NCBI GenBank assembly: GCA_023474215.1
Contig: JAMCYI010000013.1
Span: 16,168-80,167 of the forward strand
DNA from: Patescibacteria group bacterium
GTDB taxonomy: Bacteria > Patescibacteriota > Minisyncoccia > UBA6257 > GWB1-50-10
Length of the DNA stretch: 64,000 nucleotides
Direction of reading: 5' to 3'
Shown here: piece by piece, positions 1 to 7,820 of the stretch
Layout: every line of letters begins with the position of its first letter
Position numbering within the stretch: the first letter of the stretch is position 1
Program-made: the position numbers and the translations under genes
Notes under the pieces: generated by a model
Seen by the model: the letters and a program-made list of their open reading frames with translations, nothing else
Database searches by the model: none
What the model was told of the DNA's origin: nothing

Positions 1-1
1 A

Positions 2-559
2 ACTTCGACCATCGACCTTCGGATGTCATCGTCATCCGCCGACCCCACGCTCATTTACGCAAGCGGTACGGTTGTGTATTTGGAGCAAGGGAGCTCTTCT
101 CCCGTTGCTTTGACGAATTCGAACGTCAATGTGACGAATTTTTCCGCAACGAAGTACGAAAGTCCGGGCGGCGCTTCGATCGTCCAGGTCAATATGTCCC
201 TTGCTTATAATAATCCGAGTCCCGCAAGTCAATTCAGCCAGTCGCTCCAGATCGCCGCAGCAAGGATTTCTGCTGCGACATTTGACTCGTCGCTCTATCC
301 GGCGAGTTCCACGTCGCTCGATCTGGGGAGCGCGGCGAATCCCTGGGGGAACGGCTACTTCGGCGGCAACCTGAATGTTTCGGGCCAAGTAAATTCCGGT
401 TCGGGTGTTTCGGGCGCGACGGCCCTGAAAGCGAACGGCAATGTCGGCTTTTCAACTGCGGCGCAGGGATTAATCCTCAAGTCCTCGGGCGGAACTTGTT
501 TTCTTGTTGGAGTGAACGCTTCGGGGACTTTGACGACGACTGTCGCTACCTGCCCCTGA
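2..559 (+). CDS. C-terminal fragment of a Gly/Ser/Asn-rich secreted or surface protein; the gene starts upstream of the window
   Basis: The reading frame is open from nt 2 with no upstream stop. The composition is beta-rich and low-complexity, with two C-terminal Cys. Confidence 0.4.
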   Translation, partial: TSTIDLRMSSSSADPTLIYASGTVVYLEQGSSSPVALTNSNVNVTNFSATKYESPGGASIVQVNMSLAYNNPSPASQFSQSLQIAAARISAATFDSSLYPASSTSLDLGSAANPWGNGYFGGNLNVSGQVNSGSGVSGATALKANGNVGFSTAAQGLILKSSGGTCFLVGVNASGTLTTTVATCP

Positions 560-560
560 T

Positions 561-1148
561 ATGCTGCAGTATCTCGTTCTTGTAGGAGCTTTATTTAATT
601 TTTTCGGATCACTTCCTTATCTCGTCCAAGCCCTGAAGGGGGAAAATCAGCCAAACAAAGTTAGTTGGGGCATGTGGTCTATTGCCCCGCTTATCGCGAC
701 AGCCGCGGCACTCTCCGCCCATGTGACATGGGCTGTCGTGCCGGTCTTCATGTCCGGTTTTATGCCCCTCTTGATCTTTATCTCTTCTTTTTTAAATAAA
801 AAGGCATATTGGAGATTGGAACTGTTCGATTATCTTTGCGGTGCGGCTTCGGCTTTGGCCCTCATTCTATGGGCGATTACCAAAGAGCCGACCGTCGCCG
901 TCGTGTTTGCGATCATAAGCGATGCGCTCGCCGCTGTCCCGACGCTCGTGAAGGGCTGGCAGCATCCGGAAACGGAAACCGGCTTCGTATTTTTTGCGGG
1001 GCTCATAAGCGCCCTCACGGCATTTGCCGCGATAAAAGTTTGGACTTTTCCGTCGTACGGATTCGCCGTTTACCTTGTCGTCATGAACACCATGCTTTTT
1101 ACTTCGATTTGGCATCTTAAGATAAGGAAGATTTTCCTGGGGCGTTGA
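561..1148 (+). CDS. Integral membrane protein, about 6 TM, with an internal two-fold repeat (P-x-L-V-x-x-x-K-G in each half). Paralog of 21899..22492.
   Basis: Hydrophobic helices. Both halves carry LPYLVQALKG / VPTLVKGW. Clearly similar to the ORF at 21899. Confidence 0.5.
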   Translation: MLQYLVLVGALFNFFGSLPYLVQALKGENQPNKVSWGMWSIAPLIATAAALSAHVTWAVVPVFMSGFMPLLIFISSFLNKKAYWRLELFDYLCGAASALALILWAITKEPTVAVVFAIISDALAAVPTLVKGWQHPETETGFVFFAGLISALTAFAAIKVWTFPSYGFAVYLVVMNTMLFTSIWHLKIRKIFLGR

Positions 1149-1212
1149 GGCTGATCCCCTCCGGGGCACTGAAAGCGCCCCGCTCGCCTATAATTTGATG
1201 TAAAATAAAAGT

Positions 1213-2955
1213 GTGAATCCTGAGAAGAAAACCTGTCAGAATTGTAGCCGAGAATTTACGATTGAACCGGAGGATTTTGCGTTTTATGACAAAATCAAGG
1301 TTCCGCCGCCGACATGGTGTCCCGAATGCCGGATGGTGCGAAGATTGCAGTTCAGAAACGAGCGGACGCTCTATCATTTCATATGCGAACTTTGCGGCGA
1401 GCCGGGCATTTCGATGTACCCGGATACCGCGCCCTTCCCGGTCTACTGCGCGAACTGTTGGTATTCCGACAAATGGGACCAGCTGTCTTATGCTCGCGAT
1501 TACGATTTCTCGCGCCCGTTTTTCGAACAGTGGAAAGACCTTTTCTTTAAAGTCCCCAAGGCGAGTATTTTTCATCGAAATGTTGAAAATGCGAAGTATT
1601 CGAACATTGTCGGGGAAAGCAAAAACCTATATCTCTCTTATTCTTCGACTAAAAATTCCGAGAATGTCTATTATGCCAAGAACATCGATCATTCGACCGA
1701 TGTTTTCGATTGCTTGAATATTGTGGACGTGAACCGATGCTATGGGATCGTTGACGGCACGAAGAACTACAACTCGAAGTTCCTTGTGTCATCGCAAAAT
1801 TGCATGGATTCTTCGTTCTTGTACGATTGCGCCAATTGCCGCAATTGTTTCCTTTCCACCGGCTTGCGGAATAAGGAGTACGTGATACGGAACAAGCAGT
1901 ACGCGAAGGAGGAATATGCGAAAGAAATAAAGAAATTCGATACGGGAAGCTTTTCCGCCGTCGATGCTTTAAAAAAAGAGTTCGCTTCGATGATGGAAAA
2001 AACTCCCCGAAGGTATGCGGTGGTTTTGAAGTCGGTCGATGCGACGGGGGACAATATCGTGAATTCGAAGAACGTTAAGGATTCGTTCGATGTGTACGAT
2101 ATGGAAGATACGCGGTACGTATTCCGGTCTTTCGGCACGAAAGGCGTTTACGACGCCAATAATATAGGCAATTCGGAGCTGATATACGATTTCGCGGGCG
2201 GAGGAGGAATGAATAGTTCCGGGCTGATGTTTTCAAGTAACGGCATACGTGACTTGCGGGATATCCAATATACGGATTACTGCACGACGAGCTCGCATCT
2301 GTTCGGCTGCGCAAGCATGCGGGATAAGCAATACTGCATCTTGAACAAACAATACTCGAAAGAAGAGTATGAAGCGCTCATCCCTAAAATCAAAAAGCAT
2401 ATGAACGATATGCCCTACGCGGATGCAAGAGGGAGGATATATCAATACGGCGAATTCTTTCCGCCGGAAATGTCTTCTTTTGCCTATAACGAGACGATCG
2501 CCCAGGAATACTTTCCTTTGTCGAAAGAGGAAGTGCTCGAGCGCGGATACCGATGGAAAGACCCGGAGGAGAAAAATTATCGGATTACTAAAAAAACCTC
2601 CGACTTGCCGGATCATATTAAAGATGTCGACGATTCGATACTCGAAGAAACGGTGGAATGCGCTCACGGAGGAAGATGCACCGACCAATGCACAAGTGCC
2701 TTCCGGATCGTGCGGGAGGAGTTGGTGCTTTATCGGAAATTCGATTTGCCCTTGCCCCGCCTTTGCCCCAACTGTCGCCATTACGAGCGCCTGAAATTGA
2801 AGAATCCTCTGAAGCTCTGGCACCGCTCCTGTATGTGCGATAAGCCGAACCACGGCCATGCGGGGAAATGTCCCAACGAATTCGAGACCAGCTACGCCCC
2901 GGACCGCCCGGAGATCGTGTATTGCGAGCAGTGCTACAACGCGGAGGTTGTTTAG
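1213..2955 (+). CDS. Cys-rich protein of 580 aa. N- and C-terminal CxxC zinc-ribbon clusters flank an Asn/Asp/Tyr-rich region with ~12-13-aa periodicity (beta-solenoid-like). Function unknown.
   Basis: GTG start follows the stop at 1201. TATAAT sits at 1189-1194. Multiple CxxC...CxxC pairs at both ends. Confidence 0.55.
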   Translation: MNPEKKTCQNCSREFTIEPEDFAFYDKIKVPPPTWCPECRMVRRLQFRNERTLYHFICELCGEPGISMYPDTAPFPVYCANCWYSDKWDQLSYARDYDFSRPFFEQWKDLFFKVPKASIFHRNVENAKYSNIVGESKNLYLSYSSTKNSENVYYAKNIDHSTDVFDCLNIVDVNRCYGIVDGTKNYNSKFLVSSQNCMDSSFLYDCANCRNCFLSTGLRNKEYVIRNKQYAKEEYAKEIKKFDTGSFSAVDALKKEFASMMEKTPRRYAVVLKSVDATGDNIVNSKNVKDSFDVYDMEDTRYVFRSFGTKGVYDANNIGNSELIYDFAGGGGMNSSGLMFSSNGIRDLRDIQYTDYCTTSSHLFGCASMRDKQYCILNKQYSKEEYEALIPKIKKHMNDMPYADARGRIYQYGEFFPPEMSSFAYNETIAQEYFPLSKEEVLERGYRWKDPEEKNYRITKKTSDLPDHIKDVDDSILEETVECAHGGRCTDQCTSAFRIVREELVLYRKFDLPLPRLCPNCRHYERLKLKNPLKLWHRSCMCDKPNHGHAGKCPNEFETSYAPDRPEIVYCEQCYNAEVV

Positions 2956-2956
2956 T

Positions 2957-3044
2957 TATCCCCAGATTTAAAGGCCCCCCGGTCTCCTTGAATTTTTGAG
3001 GGTCCCCCGGAGGCCTTTAATTTTTGAAGGAGAGCGGGGGCAAG
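2957..3044. repeat. GC-rich palindromic intergenic repeat, copy A. Near-identical copy at 43316..43404 and partial copy at 28065..28108.
   Basis: Shared leader ttatccccaga, 14-mer GCCCCCCG[C/G]TCTCC and its inverse, and the AATTTTTGA core. Confidence 0.7.
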
Positions 3045-3083
3045 GATTTGAGAGATACAATCCCGAGGTTATATAATAAATTT

Positions 3084-3404
3084 ATGGAACTCAAAAATCT
3101 GGTTTCCCGCGCTATGGAAGTCCGGGAGAAATACGCAGAACTCGAAAGGAAAAAATATGGCAGGGAATGGAATGAAGCGCAGATTGCGGAAGGATTCGTC
3201 GGAGATGTTGGCGATCTCATGAAGCTCGTCATGGCGAAGGAGGGAATCCGAACAACCGAAGCGGTGGAGGAGAAATTGGAACACGAACTCATGGATTGTT
3301 TGTGGTCAATTTTTGTTCTCTCCAAGAAATTTAACATAGATATCGAAAGTTCTTTCCCCAAAGCGATGGACCAGTTGGAGGAGCGAATAAAAAAAGAATT
3401 ATGA
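3084..3404 (+). CDS. MazG-like nucleoside triphosphate pyrophosphohydrolase (all-alpha NTP-PPase fold).
   Basis: EE/ExxD-type helices (EEKLEHELMDCLW...). TATAAT at 3072-3077 sits just before ATG 3084, suggesting a leaderless start. The TTG at 3024 lies inside the repeat, so the ATG is preferred. Confidence 0.5.
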   Translation: MELKNLVSRAMEVREKYAELERKKYGREWNEAQIAEGFVGDVGDLMKLVMAKEGIRTTEAVEEKLEHELMDCLWSIFVLSKKFNIDIESSFPKAMDQLEERIKKEL

Positions 3405-4213
3405 AGATAGCGCTAGTTGATTTGTGCGGCGCAAAAGATTTCAGAGAGCATAAAAGCTATGTCGATTCCATGGCGTTTCTCGCGGAGGAGGGAATCGACT
3501 TCGAGGATTACGCCTCTGGTTTGACCGGTCTCGACGCAAAGATCGAAGGCCTCAACAAGGCGCTCGCGAGTGATGCCGATCTTGTTTGGGTGATGAGGGG
3601 CGGTTTTATCTGCATCGATACGCTCGATAGAATCGATTGGGAAAAAGTCGTCGCTTCCGGCAAGAAATTTTACGGCCTGAGCGACTTTACCCACTTCTCG
3701 ACGTTCGCTGTCCCGAAAGGAGTTACGTGCTACTACGGCCAGGGCCTGAGCCATATCAAGGAGTTTTTTCCGACAGAGCCCGAAAGAAAATTCATCGCGG
3801 ATTTTTTGAAAACCGGCATTCCCGTATGTACAAGTCCGGAACCGCTGGCTTGTGCAAATGCCGGGCTTGATATAGCGAAGGAAAAGATCATCGGCGGCCA
3901 TCTCCTCATCTTCACTTTAATGGAAAGTCAACTGGAGATCGATTTGAAAGACAGATATTTGTTTCTGGAATATCATACGGGTACGACAGGCAATAACCTT
4001 GAAGAGCTCGGTTATTATTTTGACCAACTGCTGTATGTTCTAAAAAAGAATCTTCCGAAGGGATTCGTTCTCGGCCACACATCCATCAAGGGGGAGGATG
4101 GAAGTTTTATTCCCGTTGAAGTAATCAACGATTTTTGTTCAAAAAAGTTGTCGGCACTAGATTTGCCGGCCTACTATCTCGATCACTACAAAAACATCGT
4201 CACTTTTCGTTAG
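3401..4213 (+). CDS. LD-carboxypeptidase / MccF-like serine peptidase (S66 family).
   Basis: RGG motif (VMRGGF), nucleophile motif GLSDFTH, C-terminal GH. ATGA overlap with the upstream MazG-like ORF. Confidence 0.5.
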   Translation: MKIALVDLCGAKDFREHKSYVDSMAFLAEEGIDFEDYASGLTGLDAKIEGLNKALASDADLVWVMRGGFICIDTLDRIDWEKVVASGKKFYGLSDFTHFSTFAVPKGVTCYYGQGLSHIKEFFPTEPERKFIADFLKTGIPVCTSPEPLACANAGLDIAKEKIIGGHLLIFTLMESQLEIDLKDRYLFLEYHTGTTGNNLEELGYYFDQLLYVLKKNLPKGFVLGHTSIKGEDGSFIPVEVINDFCSKKLSALDLPAYYLDHYKNIVTFR

Positions 4214-4235
4214 GCGTGGTTTAGCCAGTTGCAGA

Positions 4236-4275
4236 TTTAAGGCCTCCCGGGGGCTTCGCACCGGGAGGCACGAAA
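4236..4275 (+). terminator. GC hairpin after the S66 peptidase gene: gcctcccgg / ccgggaggc.
   Basis: 9-bp perfect stem with a 10-nt loop. Confidence 0.35.
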
Positions 4276-4337
4276 GCGAGCCAAGTATCCCCGCGAAGGC
4301 TAAGACTTGGGCGTAGTTCTCGTGATACAATTCTCAT

Positions 4338-4829
4338 ATGGATCAAAAGATCAAAAATGCGGCTACAAATCTCCTGGAATCAACTGATATTTTAAACATC
4401 CTGGCTCAATTCGGCGAAGTGCATATCGTGGGTAGTTACGCATTTGATTTGATGACTGAACCGGATATCGATCTGATCGTTTTGACAAATGAACCTCAAA
4501 GATCATCGGAAGAAGCTCTAGCTTATGTTTCTAAACTTCATCTTTTTCAAAAACTCGAGTACGGGGACTTCCAGAAATTTCCACGGAAAAAGAGACCTCC
4601 TTTCTTCATTTTCAATATGAGAACCCCGTGGGAAGGGGAGTCGTTTGAGATAGAAACTTGGTTTCTACCCGAAGCCGCTGACCAGCTGGCATTCGTCGAA
4701 AAGATGAAAAAGATATCCCCGGAGCAAAAGCAAAAGATCCTCGAACTCAAATTGAAAAGAAAACAATCGGGTGCAAGTAAAGCCGAGCTCTCGTCATTCG
4801 ATATTTACAGAGACGTTCTCGATTTTTAA
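4338..4829 (+). CDS. Minimal nucleotidyltransferase of the Pol-beta superfamily; MNT antitoxin-like or antibiotic nucleotidyltransferase-like.
   Basis: Canonical GS-x9-D-x-D motif (HIVGSYAFDLMTEPDIDL). Extended -10 tgatacaat sits immediately upstream. Confidence 0.6.
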   Translation: MDQKIKNAATNLLESTDILNILAQFGEVHIVGSYAFDLMTEPDIDLIVLTNEPQRSSEEALAYVSKLHLFQKLEYGDFQKFPRKKRPPFFIFNMRTPWEGESFEIETWFLPEAADQLAFVEKMKKISPEQKQKILELKLKRKQSGASKAELSSFDIYRDVLDF

Positions 4830-4906
4830 CTGAGGAAAACCACTACCTCACCGAGAAATTCTAGCCCGCCCCTTGGGAGCCCGCCGAAGAATTCGAAACT
4901 TCGAAA

Positions 4907-4940
4907 TTGATAAAATCGCTAAAAAGTGGTATAGATTCAT
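4907..4940 (+). promoter_or_regulatory. Sigma70-like promoter for the HEPN operon: TTGATA, 17-nt spacer, TATAGA.
   Basis: Motif match. Preceded by a ttcgaaa direct repeat and followed by SD gagggg. Confidence 0.45.
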
Positions 4941-4968
4941 AAATTCGAGGGGTAGTAATGCAACACTG

Positions 4969-5151
4969 ATGTGCATCCTTCGAGATCGGGTTATGGTTCA
5001 TAAACCAGAAATAGAATGGAAGACACCGACAGAATATATTGGCATTCGACCAGGTAGTGTGGGGTTTGAGGAAGATTTTGAAAGCTTTCCCGATCAAAAA
5101 AGATTGAACTGGTTTATTACATCGAACGAGATGCACAGAAATATGCTATGA
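4969..5151 (+). CDS. Small 60-aa protein of unknown function; first gene of the operon.
   Basis: ATG follows SD gagggg. A 3-codon uORF (ATG CAA CAC TGA) overlaps the start as TGATG. Confidence 0.35.
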   Translation: MCILRDRVMVHKPEIEWKTPTEYIGIRPGSVGFEEDFESFPDQKRLNWFITSNEMHRNML

Positions 5152-5219
5152 AGGTTGGGTTATTTACTGGGATACTCATTGGTATCCCCATCGGAATCAT
5201 CTTGGCCTTTGTGGTTTAA
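5148..5219 (+). CDS. 23-aa hydrophobic single-TM peptide MKVGLFTGILIGIPIGIILAFVV; candidate small membrane toxin or regulatory peptide.
   Basis: ATGA start/stop overlap with the upstream ORF. The peptide is entirely hydrophobic. It lies 22 nt upstream of the HEPN gene. Confidence 0.3.
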   Translation: MKVGLFTGILIGIPIGIILAFVV

Positions 5220-5241
5220 TTTGAAAATATCCGTAGCTCCA

Positions 5242-5925
5242 ATGCCTAAAAACTTCTGGGAAAATATCAATTATGAGATTATCGAAGGCTTATCGAAGGG
5301 CTCTTACTCAAAATATAAAAATGGGGATCACATTGGTGCGGCTTTAATAGAGGCAGCTCTGCTAGATGGAAGTCTAAGATTCTCGTTGATAGAAGAATTC
5401 AAACGCGACGGGAAAGTTAAGGATAATGATTTTTTAAAACTTTCCGAGGAAGACAACTTTTACCACCTAATCAAATTTTTCTTGGCTTACACAAAGGATA
5501 AGAAGAACTACAGGAAACTAGATTCTGTTAGAAAAAATAGAAACAAGTTGATACACAACATACCCTACTTTAAGAGCTTGGAGGAACTAGATAATCACGC
5601 CCGCTCTTTGTACGAGGAAATTGCTGAGGTACATTCCCACTTGTTCCATGATTATCTTTCCCTGAGACCTGAAGAATTGGAGGAGAAAATACGACAAATA
5701 ACGCGCGGGGTAGGAGCGGCAGTTCACTTTCAGAAAATTAAAAGCCCAGAAGCCGTTATCGCTCTGTTCCGATGCGACAAATCAAAGTTTGACAATATAG
5801 AGAAAGGACTTCGGCGGAAAGCTCTAGCTGGCTGGCGGTATGAAATACATACCAAGAAGACGGGGAACGATGACTATCAGATAGATTTTTCAAACTTATA
5901 TGGCTATGCATATGGAAAAATATGA
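5242..5925 (+). CDS. HEPN-motif protein A, Abi-like, predicted RNase.
   Basis: R-x4-H motif (SVRKNRNKLIHN). The ORF is open back to TTG 5155, but ATG 5242 is preferred. Confidence 0.45.
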   Translation: MPKNFWENINYEIIEGLSKGSYSKYKNGDHIGAALIEAALLDGSLRFSLIEEFKRDGKVKDNDFLKLSEEDNFYHLIKFFLAYTKDKKNYRKLDSVRKNRNKLIHNIPYFKSLEELDNHARSLYEEIAEVHSHLFHDYLSLRPEELEEKIRQITRGVGAAVHFQKIKSPEAVIALFRCDKSKFDNIEKGLRRKALAGWRYEIHTKKTGNDDYQIDFSNLYGYAYGKI

Positions 5926-6440
5926 ACAAAGAAGAATTCTCAAAACTCATATTATCTGATCCAAGCGAAGCATGGAAAAAAATTAGAAGCGGAGAAATCG
6001 ACATCTCCCACGTAGATTTTAATGTCGTCAAAAAACGAGTTGAAAATAAATTCCTAACCAAGGAACAAATTGAAGCCGTTGAATCTGTATACTGGGCATC
6101 CTATCTAGTCGAGAAAGAGATATCGGATATAATTTCCTCTACAGAAAAAACATTAGGCAATACAGATATAGTTGACGCTATGTTGGGCCGCTTGGCCTTT
6201 GGAGATAAAATCTCGTTGATGGACGAGAGATACAATAAGGGAGGTCAAATTAAGCCATTCATAAGCTTTGCCTGGAGGGTTAACCAATTAAGAAATAACG
6301 TGGCACATGGAAGATTTGGAGATCTTAAGTACGAAGGGCTTGATCTATCTAACAGAAAGGGGCAGTTCAAATTCTTAATTGACCTGATTGGTGCTTTCTC
6401 AAAATCGGTTAAGAATATCCGCATGACACGTGGCACTTAG
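5922..6440 (+). CDS. HEPN-motif protein B, Abi-like, predicted RNase.
   Basis: R-x4-H motif (WRVNQLRNNVAHGRF). ATGA overlap with protein A. Confidence 0.45.
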   Translation: MNKEEFSKLILSDPSEAWKKIRSGEIDISHVDFNVVKKRVENKFLTKEQIEAVESVYWASYLVEKEISDIISSTEKTLGNTDIVDAMLGRLAFGDKISLMDERYNKGGQIKPFISFAWRVNQLRNNVAHGRFGDLKYEGLDLSNRKGQFKFLIDLIGAFSKSVKNIRMTRGT

Positions 6441-6500
6441 AAGTTCTCACGGCGTCAGCTTAGAACAAGTTCCATCACTGGAGTAGTATAATTAATAACG

Positions 6501-6827
6501 ATGAACAGAGATGAGGGGAACATCGGCGGTGGGACGATCCTTATAATAGCCGTCATAGTCCTAGGTTATTTTCTAATACGAGCCAACCAACAAGTTAATA
6601 GCTTAAATAAGGCTCTTTCAATGGCGAACAGCAATATCAGTCAACTGAATCTTGAGATCGATCAGGCAAATTCTGACATCGAAGATCTTAACGGCCAAAT
6701 GTACGACGCCCAGAGTTACGCTTGGAGTGATTATTACACTATGGGTTCTACTCTAGAAAACCTTAATCCCATTGAAGATTCATTTGACACCTTACCAACA
6801 GTCAGTAGTTCTACTTCCAGCCAATAA
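6501..6827 (+). CDS. Small N-terminally membrane-anchored coiled-coil protein.
   Basis: TM helix at residues 12-27 followed by a heptad-like region. Own TATAAT at about 6487. Confidence 0.4.
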   Translation: MNRDEGNIGGGTILIIAVIVLGYFLIRANQQVNSLNKALSMANSNISQLNLEIDQANSDIEDLNGQMYDAQSYAWSDYYTMGSTLENLNPIEDSFDTLPTVSSSTSSQ

Positions 6828-6869
6828 AATACACCGAGGTAGATTCACTCCCAGATTAAATTTATCAAC

Positions 6870-7820
6870 ATGAGAAAGGTAGACATTTTTGAAGAGGAAA
6901 ATTCAATCGTCATAGATGATCAGTACTCTACTGACACCTTCAATTTCTTTCCTAAAGAGAGAAAGTTTGAGGTGAGTTCAAGCACAAAAAATGATGTTTT
7001 TTATAACAACTCAACGGTTGAGTATAAAATTTCTCTCAACCCAATAGAGTTATGGATGAGAACAACAGAACTCTCACACGAGCCACCGCTGGAATACTCG
7101 ATAAAGGACGGCGTCGTACTAGAATCAGAGATTAATAAAAACAAATTCATTCAAAAAGATTGGATAGAACACCTCAAGAAAGAGGTTGAATGGACAAAAA
7201 TTCCATTGCTCAACAACTGCGAAGTAAATCTTTACATTCTTTCTAAACACCCCGAAATTATTTCCAAGGACGATTACAGAAGGATCTTGAGGCAATCTCT
7301 CGAGAAAATAAAGCTCGGCGTTTCCAAGGTCGAAGAAGCCGTCAGGGAAGATAAGTACAGCTTGCAAATTGAGACTACTGAGTGTAGCAAGGGTATATGG
7401 TATCCCGAAAGCGAGGCGGAAAAAAAGGAAAGAAATGAATATTACAAATTAGATGCCGAAAAGCAAAAGAACTCCCCCTATGAGAAAAGGTTTAAATACG
7501 TCAGAGATTTTGAAGACTCTCTTTTCAAGGAAAATTCGCCGAAGTACGTAGGCATATCCGAAGAGGAGTTTAGAGGCAGTGACGAGATAATGAGGCATCT
7601 GCAAAAGCTCCTCGATAAAAAAGAATCAACATCGGAGACTAGTGCCGAACCGAAGATCTCAAAGGCAAATGGGATTATCATCTCATTACTCCTAACCCTC
7701 TTCATTTCGTGGGTTGTTAGTTGGTTTATTGCTATTAACCCATTCCTGATTTTTATACTGGTGGAAATCGTAGCTTTTCTCCAAGGCGTTATTGGCAGCT
7801 GGATAGAGAAACGACTCTAG
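6870..7820 (+). CDS. 316-aa protein with C-terminal double-TM anchor, function unknown. Low GC.
   Basis: Long ORF with two hydrophobic helices at the C-terminus. Confidence 0.4.
   Translation: MRKVDIFEEENSIVIDDQYSTDTFNFFPKERKFEVSSSTKNDVFYNNSTVEYKISLNPIELWMRTTELSHEPPLEYSIKDGVVLESEINKNKFIQKDWIEHLKKEVEWTKIPLLNNCEVNLYILSKHPEIISKDDYRRILRQSLEKIKLGVSKVEEAVREDKYSLQIETTECSKGIWYPESEAEKKERNEYYKLDAEKQKNSPYEKRFKYVRDFEDSLFKENSPKYVGISEEEFRGSDEIMRHLQKLLDKKESTSETSAEPKISKANGIIISLLLTLFISWVVSWFIAINPFLIFILVEIVAFLQGVIGSWIEKRL

Noticed and set aside
3024-3083. TTG-initiated N-terminal extension of the MazG-like ORF (MKESGGKDLRDTIPRLYNKF).
   Set aside because: It lies inside the intergenic palindromic repeat and upstream of a TATAAT box. 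The ATG at 3084 gives a protein of the canonical MazG-like length.
5155-5241. TTG-initiated extension of the first HEPN protein (MGYLLGYSLVSPSESSWPLWFNLKISVAP).
   Set aside because: It overlaps the coupled 23-aa peptide ORF in another frame, and the ATG at 5242 is preferred. It is not fully excluded.
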